Part shown: positions 32,506 through 46,070 of the stretch, piece after piece | Numbering within the stretch: the first letter of the stretch is position 1 | Layout of the letters: each line of letters begins with the position of its first letter | From: Piedraia hortae CBS 480.64 | Lineage: Eukaryota | NCBI GenBank assembly: GCA_010093745.1 | Contig: MU005960.1 | Location: 186,636 to 250,635 of the forward strand | DNA length: 64,000 nucleotides | Direction: 5' to 3' | The notes under the pieces: generated by a model | Databases searched by the model: none | What the model was told of the DNA's origin: nothing | Seen by the model: only the letters and a program-made list of their open reading frames with translations | Translations under genes and position numbers: made by a program

Positions 32506-35500
32506 CCAGCGTGCTTGGATGTCGACGAAGCAGTGTAGACAGGAGCGGACAAGCTGGGCGGTGAGTTGGTAGAGTTGAGGGAGTTCAACTTTGAGTTGGT
32601 CGTTGAGGGCAATGTAGATCTCGGAGCTTTCGAACGTCTTACGGTCGGGTTTCTCGCCACGTTGCTCCATGGTTCGACACTTTGCATAGTCGACGAGTCG
32701 CTTTTTGCGCTTATTCATGGCCTCTTGCGGGCCGTGGTGCAAGCTGATGCAGTCAAGCATAGGCTGGATGACACGGTGTTGGACAGAGGCTCGGTGCTCA
32801 TCGAACAGTGCTGCCACCTCGCGCATAGCCTGGGCGTGGCCGCGCCAGCGAGTAGTCTCCGTACCGTTGCCGCCGGCGTCGGCGATCTGGTTGATCGACA
32901 TGGCAAATTGGTTGGTCTGATAGACAGCCTTTTCCATGTGCTGTACGTATTCTTGAACATCACGCATGCAGATCTGCAGACGGATAAAATGGCTGCCAAA
33001 CTTGTGCGAGAGCTCGACAAACTCGGGGTCTTGGAAACTCTCAGCAATACCAACGCGCTCTTTGATCTTATCATGGCGGCGGCCGAATGCCTTGACCAAC
33101 CCACCGCGCTCCTTGTCCTTGCCATGGATGATCTGATTGACAATATCGGCCCGCTTCTTGGCGTCATTGATCCGCTGAAGCAGGTCCATCGATTTCTGAT
33201 TGGCAAGTTTGATAGCGCAAAAATCGGGATGATCAGCCGGCGTCGTGTCAAGAAGCCTCTGCAACAGCAACGGATACTTTGACACACGCTGCGTTGGCTT
33301 TACGAGCAACGAGTCTAGCGACCACGACGTTGTAATGTCATTGGCGTTCTTGCAACACTCTTCTAACCAGCACTGCACCGTATGCCTGGACTTGAGGGCC
33401 TGCAATCGCTGATTTGCGGCCTCGTGATTCCTAAGATACGTGCCGTACACCTGGTCGATGCGCTGGATGTGGTCCAAGAAGCATTGGCCGATGGTAGTGG
33501 CGCGGTCTTTTGTATCGTCTACAATGTCCTGGCTCTCGCTCTGCGTCGTGCTTTCGCTGCCGCGTTTAGTTGACCAGCGCACATGCCGCGGCGGCTGATA
33601 CACTGGAGCCGCAGCCTTGCGCATTGCGTCGTAAAACTGCAACGAAAACCGCTCGACCTCGCTGCAGTTACCAAAGAGCGTCTTACGGTCCTCTGCTGAG
33701 ATAAAGTCGGCCACAGTCGCCCTGTAAATATCCTCTATGATCTTGAGGTCTTGGTGATACGAATTCTCCGTCGTCAGCAGCTCCTGAATGATGTGACGCC
33801 GCTGGGTAAGCCGCTTGTGTTCTTGCGTTGACGGCACGGTGCTGGTATCGCTATCCAATCGAGACTTCTCCGCCGACGGTCGAGCAGAGCCGGCTGTTGT
33901 CCACGAACTTGCATCCGGTGTTTCAATCGACGCACGTCCAAAATATCCCGGATCATGGTTCTCTGTAGACCTTCGTTGTGAAGACTTGCGCGTAGGAACT
34001 GCAATATGTGGCGGCGGGCCGTTTGAGAGGGCAGCAAGGCAGTCCTGGACCAGGGCACCTTCAGCAGAGGCGCCTTCAATTCCAGCAGGAATGCTGAGCG
34101 GGCCAGCTGCCGAAGAGCGCGGTCGATAACCAGCGTCTTTGGGCGGCGGGGTTGGTCCATTGTCTGGACTTTGCGGTCCTTGACCAGACGGCCAGTTTAG
34201 AGTAGAGGGAGGCAAGTGCGGGAGGATCATCTCCATCTGCCGCTGAAGGTCTCGAGTAGCCTCCGTTGGGCTGATTGCAGATGCATCTATCATAGGAGAT
34301 GCAACATGAGAAGACACGGGCCGTGAAGTAGGTGCTGTCTGGGCTGCCTGAGCTGTCTGAACAGCTCCCGGTATCGTGGGAGGCTGCCCTGTCGATACCC
34401 TCTTAGGGGACCAGTTGCCGGCTGAAGTGTTTACAGGCACACGTTTAAAGGAAACAGGAGAGAAGGAGGCGGCCGAGGTCGGGACGCCGTGGAGGGCTAT
34501 GGGGATAGAACCAATGGGACTCTCAGCCGTCAGACTGTCCTCTGCAAACACGGTGCCATCTGCGCTCTCAACCGACACGCTACGACATGAGTTGACGGTG
34601 TCGCCCAGCGTGCTGGGGCTTTGCGCCCTCTCCGCCGCCGGTAGGATGGGTCCCTTGGGTGGGGAATGCACCGGAGGGGGGAGAATTGCCTGCTCCACAT
34701 CGCCAGGAACGGGCGGAAGTTTGGCCTTGCCCAAGATGGGACTCTCATCGCCTTCAAACTCGGTCGCAGCAGTTGACGGTGCGCCATGGCTTGGTTCCAG
34801 ATTCGGAATCTTCAGGCTCAGACCTGTTGTCGTGTTGCTGTCTGGCGGAAAGACGCTGCTGCCTTTGCTGTCCGACGGTGAAGCGCCGGCTGTAGTCGGA
34901 CTATTCATCTCCGGCGTTTGCAGCTCAAGCTGAGGATGCGTCATGGGAGTGCTGGGGGTTCCATACTCAGCCTTGTTCTGGCCTTCCTCTCCGCCCGCGT
35001 TACTCGACTCTCCCTCCTCTGCGTTACTCTTCTGCTTGTCTTTATGCGGCGATTCACAGTTGGACGTCTGCCCCGCCTCCTCGGGATGGAATTGACCGTT
35101 AGACGGCTCATTGACCGTTGGTATCCACTGGTTCCTAGACACAGACCGCACGGGGCTCCGTGTGAATTCAGCACCGGGACGTGGCATTTCTGAGCTGCGT
35201 GGCTGATCTTTGGTAGCTAACACTGGCAGACTACTTTGGCGCGGAGCCTCGAGGTTGGCCCCCGACGGCGTCCTTGACCGCGCGCGGCTTGCCTCTCCGG
35301 ATGCTGCCCGTGGACGGCTGCGCATTCTCTCGCTGGACTCTAAATTCTGGGTGATGGCCTGCTGGATCTTGGTGCGGCGTTCAGCAAAGTCGATTTTCTG
35401 CAGCTCCGGGATGCGTCGCCGTGTTCTCTCGCCCGGGCTCGGTCCGCTGTCTGGACGGAACCGGTCTGTCACGCGTGGACGGTCAGAGGAATTGCTGGCC

Positions 35501-36345
35501 GAGCTCACCGGCAACCGGGGCCTCGACGACCGCAGAGTTGGCGAGGTCTTGTCTGGCGCCACGATTTTGGCTGATAGCGGAGGCACCTGTACACCGAGGT
35601 CAGGCGGTGGATGGTAGCGGCCGCGCTGCGATGCGCCAGCGGGCTTGTCGCGCCTCGGGGTTGGAGTTCCGGACTTTTGACTACCCGGCGATTCGCGCAG
35701 ACGCGACTGGCTGATTGGGATACGTGATGTCGGCGACCCGAGGGAGCCGGCGGAATTGGGACCTGAAGATGTGCGCGCTGGGATGTGCAAGTTGGGAAGA
35801 CTAGGTGCGTTTTGTGGTGTCTGGTTCTCCATGTTGCTGCGACTCCGCCTGTGGTGGAGACCTCGCAGGGCAACAGAACGCGGTGACGTGGGGCCTTGGT
35901 GGGATTGTGCGCGCACATGTCTGTGGGAAAGCGTTCCGTCGCTCTGTCGCCGACCGATTGACGACGCCTGGAGGTCGAAATTCCCGCGCCAACCGTCCAC
36001 CGATAATTCGCCATAGAGCGGATTAGTTGGGCATGCCATCTCGGGCCATTTGGGATCCTTGCGCGACACCGGGGACGCGGTGGGGGCTGTTTTCCTGGGT
36101 AACGCGCTTTGCTTTTGCACCTTAATCACTCCACAATTGTCTACGGGTTTAACGGCGCCGGCGCCGAGTTCAAGCCGCTTTGCGAGGCCGCGCACATGTC
36201 CTGGCGGCCGCGTAAACTGTGACCGGGGTATAAGAGAAGGTGTCGAGGGCGTCTCCCATCGTGTCTGCACACCAAAAACCCGCAATTCCCCATTTGGCGC
36301 GTCGCCATTGGGGCCAACGGCGGGTGGACATTCGAAGGGCTCCAT
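32506..36345 (-). CDS. Rho guanine nucleotide exchange factor, DH plus BAR (Gef1/Tuba-like); 3' end lost in the gap
   Basis: RRHIIQELLTTENSYHQDL and WSLDSLLVKPTQRVSKYPLLL (DH). KRKKRLVDY and YIALNDQLKVELPQL (BAR). First in-frame ATG is at 36345. Confidence 0.9.
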
Positions 36346-36965
36346 GACACGGGCACCATGGCCCAGATTCACACCAATATCCAGCCGTTATATCGAGATG
36401 TGAGGTCAAACTGCCGGTCGCGAGGATGGAGCGGAGCGGAGCGGAGCGGAACGGGCGGGCCGAGACGGGGATGAAAATGGTCGCGGAGAAATGGAAAAAG
36501 AGGAAGTCGGACAAGCAAATGCATTCCCTTCCAATTTGCCTACAGACAAGAAACGCGAGGGGGGAACTCCCGCTTGTTTGGGCCGTGGAGCCTGCCTATG
36601 GGGGGCTACATCCCCGGTCTGGCTGCGCTAGTCTGGTTTCGGCCTTTGGCGTACACTGCCTTTACATCATGCTGTGTGTAATGACGCCCTAGCCGCGCTA
36701 GTAATGCTTCAGCCCTAAATATTGACTAATGCCTAAGCCCCGAGCATAGCCCACGATAACCAGCTTTGAATCCCCCCAGGTGGGGGTGGCGCATTGGCCG
36801 CTCTGTTCAATATAGATACGTCGCACTGCAGCTTTCCCCACCACCACCACCACCACCGCCGCCGCCGCCGCCAACGGTTGCTGTCCCGCGGGCCGAGGAC
36901 GTGCTTAACCCGTCACGTGCAGCGTGTATCACAACAACCGATTTGTGCAATGCAGCTGTACGTAT

Positions 36966-39080
36966 TCAAGTGTCAGATGCAGGGGACGGTGAGTCACCGT
37001 TTTCCAGCTGCCGTACAATTTCTTCCATGCGGCGGTTGTCTCGCGTGAAGCGCGGGTAGAGGAAGGGCCGCAGGTCGTATCGGTTATCGTCTGGCGTATA
37101 GGATTCCAGATAGAGCCCCGGCGTCATGGTCGTCATCTTGTGACGGTTGACTGCATAGTAGTAGAAGAAGTTGCGCACCTTGGTGTAGGTCTCACGTGGT
37201 CCCATTTTCTCTCGCCAATCAATCACTAGACGCTCAAAAGTGCCGAGTGGGCCAAGCTTGAGCTGCTTCCGCATGCGTCCAAAAACGGACAACTCCTCGT
37301 ACGTGAAGCCCATATCTGCCTCATCGCTCTGCACGTACGAGTCCGTAATCGGCTCCAGTTCGGCTGTGGGGATGGCATCCAAAAAGGAGCGCAGGATGAG
37401 CAATTGAAGATGCGTCTCGGCCCAGGCAATGAAGCGCTTTAGATCCGTCTTCGAGATGCCACCAATTGGGTTGATATCGGCTGAGGAGCAGTCGTACTTG
37501 GTGAGGTAGCCTCGCAGACACTCATCGACGTTTGCCGACCCGAGGATGAGCAGCCCGCCACCATTTCCGCGAGACGTCGGCACCAGCTGGCCCAGGGCAT
37601 AAGCCAGGACCATACGTGAGCGGGCTTGGAAGTTCTGCTTAGCCAAATTCTCTGTCTCGGAGCCGCCGTGCACTTTGAACCGTGGCTGGAGCCCGAGCAC
37701 GGCACTGACGACATTCTCCAAGGCTTTCACCATCTCATCAATGTCGGCATTGAGGTGGTGGGCACCAATAGCCTTTGCCAGGTTTCGGGAACGTTCACGC
37801 GTTTCCGCTGAGGACTGCGACTTCATGCCCATGTAAACTGTTGTAAAGAGTTTCCCACAGAGCTGCTCTGCCGTCAAGCTGCCGACCTCATCACCATTAC
37901 AGAGCCTCTTCGCATCTTCACAAACAACTTCATTCCCTTGTGCAATCTCAGCAACAACGAGCCGGCACATGCTGTAGACGATCGTCGCCGTAGCACAGCT
38001 GTCGATGCCGCCGCTGAGTGGAACCAAAAACCCCGCTGCTCTCGACCGACGCAGATAATCCCACAACCAGCACGCCGGACCCAAGGCAATCTCCTCTTCA
38101 GGGACATGATACCTTGGCGGCCTTGCCTCAGTCAACATTTTCCGACCAGACTCACACATCTCAAACTCCACTTCAATCCTCACCAACTCCCGCACATCAG
38201 CTTGCTGTGCTTGCAGCCCACGACTCCGCGAAGTCCTCGAAGCCCAAATATCATCCAAATCCACCACAGCCGCAACGACCTCCACATCCCTCAACGAGAA
38301 CTGCGACCCTTGCGCAAGCAGTTTCCCTCCATTCATAATCATCGCACACCCATCATAGTACATCCTATCCCCATCACACCCCCTCTGGTTCGCATACATA
38401 TAAACCCCACCCGTCTTCTCCGTCGCCTCAAGAATCAAATTCACCCTCTTATCCAACTTCCTCAATTCATGATGACTCCCACTCGAATTCAAGACAATCT
38501 CGATGCCCGCAAGACTATACTTTGCATGAGGCGAGTCCGGGGTCCAAAGCTCCTCACACGTTTCTGACGCAAAAGTCGCATCTAGAGTCTTAAATGCGAC
38601 CTCCCCGATCTTACAGCTTCTCTGTCCCTTTGGTAGTTTTCGGATCACAGGCGGGAGGAGAAACTCATCCACCCGTCCACGGGGCCAGGGCGTAAAATAC
38701 CTCATCTCGCGAAAATTGCCGTCGTTGGCGAGGTCTAGCTTTGGACGGATAGCGAGGATGGAGCCGTTGAGGCAGATTACGCGTGCGTTGTAGCTGCATC
38801 CACGGTGTTGGACTGGAAGGCCGAGGTCGAGGATGATGTCTTGGCATTCAGGACGGGTTATGATCTCGGCCACAATATCCCAGGAGTGGGTGTAGACTTC
38901 GTTCTCGAGCCAGTGGTCTAGTAGGCCGTAGCCTGGGATGCAGAGTTCCGGGGTGAGGATGAGGCGGGCATTGGCATTCTTGGCGGTCGTGATGGCGGTG
39001 ATGATGCGGTCGCGGTTCGCGTCCCAGTCTAGAGCCCATTGGTTGAGTTGGCAGGTTGCAAGGGTGCATATACGGGTCAT
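36966..39080 (-). CDS. QNS1: Glutamine-dependent NAD+ synthetase
   Basis: TCQLNQWALD, ETCEELW, SGSHHELRK, PLSGGIDS, GYLTKYDCSSADINPIG. Intronless. Confidence 0.97.
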   Translation of the reverse strand: MTRICTLATCQLNQWALDWDANRDRIITAITTAKNANARLILTPELCIPGYGLLDHWLENEVYTHSWDIVAEIITRPECQDIILDLGLPVQHRGCSYNARVICLNGSILAIRPKLDLANDGNFREMRYFTPWPRGRVDEFLLPPVIRKLPKGQRSCKIGEVAFKTLDATFASETCEELWTPDSPHAKYSLAGIEIVLNSSGSHHELRKLDKRVNLILEATEKTGGVYMYANQRGCDGDRMYYDGCAMIMNGGKLLAQGSQFSLRDVEVVAAVVDLDDIWASRTSRSRGLQAQQADVRELVRIEVEFEMCESGRKMLTEARPPRYHVPEEEIALGPACWLWDYLRRSRAAGFLVPLSGGIDSCATATIVYSMCRLVVAEIAQGNEVVCEDAKRLCNGDEVGSLTAEQLCGKLFTTVYMGMKSQSSAETRERSRNLAKAIGAHHLNADIDEMVKALENVVSAVLGLQPRFKVHGGSETENLAKQNFQARSRMVLAYALGQLVPTSRGNGGGLLILGSANVDECLRGYLTKYDCSSADINPIGGISKTDLKRFIAWAETHLQLLILRSFLDAIPTAELEPITDSYVQSDEADMGFTYEELSVFGRMRKQLKLGPLGTFERLVIDWREKMGPRETYTKVRNFFYYYAVNRHKMTTMTPGLYLESYTPDDNRYDLRPFLYPRFTRDNRRMEEIVRQLENGDSPSPASDT

Positions 39081-40200
39081 TTTGGGTGGTCCCTTGCTGG
39101 TTGTCTTTGTGTTTGCAAAGTTGAGGTTCTTCGATTTGAAGGGTTTTGCTTCGTAGGTTTTGTTGGTCAGGTGTTCCGGATCGGGTTTGCTGTGTTTTGC
39201 TGATAAACACGGCGTTGAAACTTGACGTCACGTTCTATCAGATACCTATCAGCTCCATAATCGGTATGCAGATGCAATATTTCACACACTCGTAATACAC
39301 ATCCACCCCCTCTAAAACTCTATGTAGCGCCTGTTTCAAACTCCGTTTTGGATCCTGTACGAAAAAAAAAGAGGATACAAGTCTACGCGCGCGGCTCGGA
39401 ACATTCTGGAAAATCGAAACGGATTCTGGGTGCCCCCTGAGTGAGGCTTCGCGGCTACAGACTTGACCTGATTCTCGAGTTGCTTGGTGACTAAAGTGTA
39501 TGAGTGATTGGCTGGGAGTTTGATTTCGCCACCTCCTTGCTGCTGCGGATGGCTATGAAGTGTGATGCCTATGCTCGCAAGTGGGCAAATGCAAAAGATA
39601 GCAGTCGCAGCCGGATCAGTGAACTCGCTGTGGACCCAGACTTTTACCGGGCTGAAGCCAGGTACAAACGTGTTTGTTGGTGCCGTGGGCATGCAAGGCA
39701 AAAATGTTGGGCGATGACAGAGTTGTGTTCACAAGGTAGGTTTGACGTAGGAATTGAGTTCAGGCCTGCTGGATGCCTGGTCTCGTTCACATATCTACGA
39801 GTGTCGGAAGAGAAACGGGCATTTTGTGTAGACAAATAAAAGGTGGTCACAACTCAACTCACGAAGTTCTACTGGGGCAACGGAAACTGCTTCCTACAAA
39901 TGCCAAGAGGAGGACAGAGACCTGACTATCAAGATGGCCTGGAAATGGCAGCGTTTTAATTGCAAATAAACAACTTCCCGCGACTCTGTATGGATGCTGA
40001 CAGTCCCCCACGGAGAATTTTGGGGACCCCTGTTGACGGGTGAAAAGGATCCGGGGGATAAATGGATTCATGCAGCATAGAGTTTGTCCTACTTCAACCT
40101 CACAACATGCGGGGCCAGTGGCAGCTGCGCCGCCCAGCTGTGGTCTGGCCACCCAGAATCGTTCTCTTTGCATCGGATCGGCGTCGGGGATAATTCAGAT

Positions 40201-40206
40201 GGGGGT

Positions 40207-40260
<54 letters not shown>
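40201..40260 (+). repeat. Poly-G tract (G5-T-G54)
   Basis: Directly visible, followed by further G-run-rich sequence to about 40335. Confidence 0.9.
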
Positions 40261-40261
<1 letters not shown>

Positions 40262-40832
40262 GTGGGGAGGGAGACGGTTGAGGCGTGGGTGGAGTGGAAG
40301 GGGAGGATGAGTGGGAAGAAGGGAGGGGAGGGGGTTGCGCAATGAGGGGCGAGACTCCCTTTCCCCAGGAGTTCCTTGCTGCACGGCATGATTAGCCCGC
40401 AGATGGTTTTATTTAGGGACAAATGTCAACAACGGCGCTTGACAAGGGGGAATTAATGAGTAATGTTGCTGAAACTGCTCATTGTCCCTCTGTGGGGATT
40501 GCCACAAATAAAGCCTAAGACAGGATAGCAACGGCCGGCCACAGACCGAGGCCAGGCCAGGACGTGCTTGCGCGTAAGTGACGACGTAACATCTGTTGCC
40601 GCAGCAATCGTCATTGGCTCCTGGCATTTCGTCTAGGGAGAAAGAGTTCCTGAATTGGTTAGACTATGCCGAAGTGGCGGGTGTGCACCGACGGGCGGGA
40701 ATAACAAAGCGATATATCTTGCCGCCGTAGTCTCTCTGTCACCGCCCACCCCTTCCTCTTCACCCCTTTCTCTACTCTACAGCTTGGCAGTAAAAACATA
40801 CAGAAACACTACAACCCAGCAAAGCAACCAAG

Positions 40833-41562
40833 ATGAATCCCCTCCTCCTTACCTTTTCTCTCGCCGCTTTTGCTGCTGCTCAGAACAACTCAACTGGAGC
40901 TGGTGCTGCTGGTGCCGCCGCCCCTACGTCCGGGGCGGCCGGTGGCGCTGGTGCTGCCAACTTGCCTGCCGGCTTCGACCCCAACAGCGTTCCGCGTGAT
41001 CTGCGCATGGCTTGGTGCCGTGCTCAGATGAACACTTGCCGTCAAGTTTGCAATGGCCAGGCCTACCCCAACAACTGCAACTCGGTAAATACAACCACGT
41101 ATGAAAAATGGCAAAGGCTAACTTTTGCAGGACACGCTCGTCTGGCAGTGCACGTGCACTGACGGCTCCAAGCCAAACATCTCCGATTACGGCCAGACGG
41201 TGCCGTCCCTTGTCTGCGAGCGCGCCCGCGACGACTGTGTGGCTGCCCACCCCAATGACCTCGCGGGCCAGACGAAGTGCCAGTCGGTCAAGTGCGGCAA
41301 GCGCAATGCCACGTCGAGCGATGATTCATCCAGCTCCTCGGCCAGCGCCACGGGCTCCAAGACGGCCAGCAGCACGGCCGATGCTACCGAGAGCGCCAAC
41401 GGTGCTTCTAAGACGTCCGGCCGTGCCTCGTCCGCGAGCTCCAGCGGCGCATCGTCCAGCGCCCAGTCAACCAACGCCGCTATTGCCCTAAGCGCCGGCC
41501 AGAACTACGGAATGGCTCTGATCATGGGTGGCCTCGCCTTGGCCTTTGGATTTGCTTTGTAA
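40833..41562 (+). CDS. Secreted Cys-rich, Ser/Thr-rich GPI-anchored protein; exons 40833-41084, 41131-41562
   Basis: Signal peptide, a Cys-rich domain (WCRAQMNTCRQVC...CTC...C), an S/A/T stalk and a hydrophobic C-terminus. 46-nt intron. Confidence 0.88.
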
Positions 41563-41700
41563 AGATGGGAAACGGGTTCTTGTTTTCAGCGATTGCATAG
41601 CGACACGAGGTAATGCGAAGTGTTTTTGTTAATCGTAATGCTCTGTTCTCTCATTCACGTCTTGTCCGAAGTTGATATTACAAGGTTCAACTATTATACA

Positions 41701-42409
41701 CTAATCCTGCCTGCCCTTGAGCAGCCGCTTGGTCACCTTATCCTTTTCTATGATGTAGACGTGTGCACCCCAGCCGGAAAGAGCGTCACGGTCCACAGCG
41801 TTGAGGAGGGCCTGGGAAATGGTCTCGAAGAGGTCTTCCGGGCCCAAATCAGGCTCCCAGAGTCCCTCGCATGTACCGAAAAGCTGGTCCGATGCCGTGC
41901 CTGACACGATGAAGTCCTTGGCAAAGTCGATTGCGCCGATACTGTCAAATCTGAAACTGTTAGATGGCGCCTCTTGATCCGTTCCGTCCACTTACCCGCA
42001 CACAAACGGTTTGCCCGTCTTTGGGTCTAGTCCTGCCACGACGGGTCCCACAAACCAGGGCCCAAAGCGACGTTCGTAGAGGCTGCTAGAAACGAGATTT
42101 GCAAACGTCCGTGGCGCCATGTCGCGCTCCTCTCGCAGTCGGTATAGGTTGACCTTGTAGCGGAACAGCTCCGATACAGTAGTAACGTCGGTCGCAAGGC
42201 CCGTGAGGCCTAGAAAAGTTGACGGTCCGTATTGGAAGATCTTGGGAAAGTTGTTTGATACTGTCAAGGCTTGCATTCCAAGTCGCAGGTCGCAGGCAAT
42301 GGCCACGCAGTCTTTGCCTACCATGGCCACGCACGCGCCGCCATCTAGCCTGTTAGAAGTGCCTGATATCGCCCAGCAAGCACTCACTTATGGAAAACGG
42401 AGAGGCCAT
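41701..42409 (-). CDS. PUP3: 20S proteasome subunit beta-3; exons 42409-42388, 42344-41996, 41950-41701
   Basis: [50 protein letters not shown], ends KGRQD. Confidence 0.96.
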
Positions 42410-42572
42410 TGCGCCAATGTTGTTGCGCTAATCGTGGAGTGAGGTTCAGTTAAAGCGGAATTATGCCGCTATATCACAATCTGGAGCTCAGAATGGACAA
42501 GCGGCCGTTGATGACAGCGGACAGATCCGAGCGTCGACCGGCATCCCAAGCCAGTCTTTTCATCTAGACAGC

Positions 42573-43229
42573 ATGGCCTCGTCGAAGCACGTCAACGCCG
42601 CCCTCTCGCTACCTTCATCTCTACTCCACTTCTTTCGTCGATGGACTCCGCCGCAACTATCCGCGCTTCCCCGGGCCCCCGAACCGTCCATCCACCTCGC
42701 ATCCACAACACCCTCCACGGACCCCAACGCTCCGTCCACAGACCCAACCGCCCCAGTCTCCTCAACCACCAACAAAGAAGCTGGCTGGAAAAAAAACCCA
42801 TTCCTCCCCTTCAAGAACCCCAGCACCGGCAAATGGCACGGCCCGCATTACTCCCTACGCCGCCAGGCACAACTCTACAAGCTAGCAGCCGAACACAACG
42901 TCCTCTCTCTCATGCCACTCAGTCCCAAACACCCCAAAGTCAAAGCCCAGAAGCGCCTTGAGCGCGGCCTTCGCGTCAAAGGCACAGGCGTCGATCAGCA
43001 TGTCAAGGGTCACAAATGGGAACGAACCCTCCGCAGTCGTCTGGATCTCCGGAAACGTGCTCTAGAAGCAATGCCTGAAATGATTGAAACGTGGAAGAAT
43101 CGTGGTCATGGGCGTGGGTGGAAGAAGTTTCCGTCGGGCAGACATCGTGATGCAACTGCCGCGGCCGGAGAGGTGTTTGATCCTGCGATGAAGCATGCTT
43201 GGGTTAATCAGAAGATGGGGAAGAAGTAG
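42573..43229 (+). CDS. MRPL25: Mitochondrial ribosomal protein mL59
   Basis: NPFLPFKNPSTGKWHGPHYSLRRQAQL and VKGHKWERTL. Confidence 0.9.
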   Translation: MASSKHVNAALSLPSSLLHFFRRWTPPQLSALPRAPEPSIHLASTTPSTDPNAPSTDPTAPVSSTTNKEAGWKKNPFLPFKNPSTGKWHGPHYSLRRQAQLYKLAAEHNVLSLMPLSPKHPKVKAQKRLERGLRVKGTGVDQHVKGHKWERTLRSRLDLRKRALEAMPEMIETWKNRGHGRGWKKFPSGRHRDATAAAGEVFDPAMKHAWVNQKMGKK

Positions 43230-45470
43230 GTGTATGATGTGCGGAAGCTGGGGTGTTGGCTGTGGACGCCGAGGTGGTGTGTTTACATGGATGTTTAATC
43301 TGCCGTATATGGGAGTTGAGATGTGTTTAAGAGGCTTCTCGTTCTCGAATAAGTTACCGTGTAATTGTACAGGTGGCTCTTATATAGACAGACCGGACAA
43401 AGTCACCCGAATCTCTCAGATCTAACAGGCCTCCCACCCCGCTAATGTCCCATCCAAAACCAAACAACCTTTGAACCCGGTAAAGTGTCGCAGTCCTTCA
43501 ACTGGCAAACAGCCTCGAGGCTCGAGTGGTAACGCTGGTTATTCCAATTGCCTAGCTCATGAGAGAAAAAGCCCTACCGCCTTGTCCTGCAACTGTCTAT
43601 TTCCAGGCAAGTCCCCTGCAAACCCCCAAACACTCCCTTGCCCTATCTTCCACCGAATTTGGGGATTCTCTCCCAAAGAGGAAAGTAGCCACGGCCCGAG
43701 CCGGCCCGCCTTAGTGGGGATTAAAGTTTGCCTCACTTTAAGACCGAAATTCTCGAAGTTTTCATATCGCGGGGCCGCAACGATCCATCCGAGCTGCATG
43801 ATGTTGTTAGATGGGGATAAGAGACAACTTCCAAGAAATTGGTTGTTAATATTGGTGCCTTTGATCTACTCTCTGCACAAGGGTGAAATTTTGCTACACG
43901 TCTCGTGCTACGCTACATCAGCGAACTTTCTACCTCGCGAGTCCTGTCGTCCATCCCTGGGCATACATGGTATCATCGCAGTGGTCGAGAAGTCCCATGG
44001 CCCTTGTTGCTTAAAGCACCCCGCTGCGGCTGCTCCTAAAGAAACGATCCACCAGTAGCTGCTGTTGGTTGGACCTTACCAAGAAAGTAAAAATGCGCCG
44101 ACACACGTTTGCGAATGCTGTAGCATCACCCTATCGTCTCTGTTGCTCATGCACCCGAAATGATGTTTGCATTCACTTGTTGACTCTTATGTCACTTGCA
44201 CAGTCACAAAGGGCCGTGGAAAGGTGCTGGTATGAAGTTCCGTTGCTTCAAACGTGAGCACATATGCCGCTGGAGTTAACAGGCTTCCTTGGTGAAGGTT
44301 TCCCAGTGGTCCATGATCACACTTGAGACGTGACGAATGCGCTCCCAATGATAGCTGTTATGAAGCTGTTATACCAGCGGTCAGCTTCACAATCAAAAAA
44401 AAAAAAAAAAAGGAGTCTGGATTAAGGACATGACTCGAGATATTTCCGGAACTGAGGGTAGCATGGCCTGTTCTTAACAAAAAATGACTCTTCTCAGCTC
44501 CAAAGCCATGGACAAGGTACCGTCATCGGGCCTCCGTTCTCCATAGGTACTCTGTGGTCCCTAATAGCAAGCAGTGCGTTTCAGACTGCCCTTGCACTCA
44601 CTCTCGGTGTCCGCTCATGTACATGACGCCGCACACCAAACAGAACGGTCAAGGAGGCTGTAGGATGTGGATTGGTAGTTCTTATAGCGCTCCATGTCCT
44701 ATGCAGCCTTGATCTTTTGTGAATAATGCGCTGTGTCGTCCTGTGGTAAGAGGTTTGCCGTTGAGGCGTTGAAAAAGGAGACAAAGATTAAAGCGCTTGC
44801 CAAGACTGAGCACACCCAGACGCCATTGGTAAGTTCATAGGATGGCTTTGGAAGGCTGCGGAATCTTCCAGTTGTTTTGCGTTTTGGTCGTTGCTAGTCT
44901 CGTTGTCAGTTGTCTGAAAAATTTTGCGCGCGCAGGAGAAGAGTGTGCCTCACCTCTAAAGTCCATAGTCCGGTTGATGCAGCTGGCTGAAGCGCGGTTC
45001 TCGTGGGGCCGCAAGTATCAGCGGTCAAGGTCCCTGTGCGGTGAAGCAATGGCATCGTTCCCGCTTGCATTGTTGGGGATCGCAGGAGGGACTTGACCCA
45101 ACAGTGGGCTGAGCAAGTAATGCATTGTCATGACTCGTAACTGTCCAACAATGCCTTTTGGGATCGAGGACCCATTGTTTGAGTTTTCGGGGATGCGTCA
45201 AGGCTCTGTGTCGTAGAGACTTACAGGGCCATTGTTACCCTACAATCGACAGTTCTTGGCGTCGAATAATTAACAGCCCACCCCACAAACTTTCCGCACT
45301 ACCTTTTCCAACAACACCGCAAATAACAAGCTGAGAAGTGGCGGCGACATCAACAACACTGAACCAAAGAGCGTGCTTTTGGAGCGCATCACGGCGGTAT
45401 TGAACCGCTTGAATTCCGGCATTACCTCAATTTCGACTCTACTGACACCGCGGCTCTCTCCTTAGCAAAT

Positions 45471-46070
45471 TTGACAAACATGACGCGGAAGCGTAATCGT
45501 GACTGCAAGCGAAAGACATCAACCAAGAGTAGGAGAGAGAACACCGGTCAAGCCAGATACATGAATCCGGAAAGTGTGATAGACGTTGGAGGTTCCAGGT
45601 GGATCTCAGTAAAGGGGCAAACCCCTGATAGCTTACGTCGCTACCCGCTATCAGTGCCTTTCGGGGAGCGCCTGGAAAGCAATTTCTCTCCTCTCGGATC
45701 GAGCACAAACCGTTCAATGAATCCACTCCGATATGATCTGAGCGGCTTCAATCACGAAGCGGAGATTGAGAGGGCATTGGAGAATATTAAGAGACTACAT
45801 CCTGAAGAGTCATTTGCCCGGGACGGGTACAGGTATTACGCAAGACATGGTCGCGGTTCAAAGTGGCGGGACTGGTGCCATCAATTCGGGCTTGCTACAC
45901 TGAAAATTTCCTTGAAGCGGCATGGATTGCCAGCGAAGTGGGCCCGGGGCGAAAAATTCAAGCAGATCCTTGGACTCGGTAAGTTATACGAGTCACTTTT
46001 ATGGTTTGGGCTAGACAACTGTGCCCTGGTTTTCGTGGTTTGCACAGTCCTTTTGTACCTCTATTTGTAG
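45471..46070 (+). other. Orphan ORF or gene relic, unknown function
   Basis: 199-aa ORF with no recognised domain. Confidence 0.25.

Noticed and set aside
31605..32687. ORFs spanning the N run, including the 1585-aa length given for the GEF
   Set aside because: Artefact of translating the gap; the true 3' end is unknown.
43471..44411. 195-aa ORF and A17 run as a retroposed copy
   Set aside because: No recognisable parent, TSD or RT motif.
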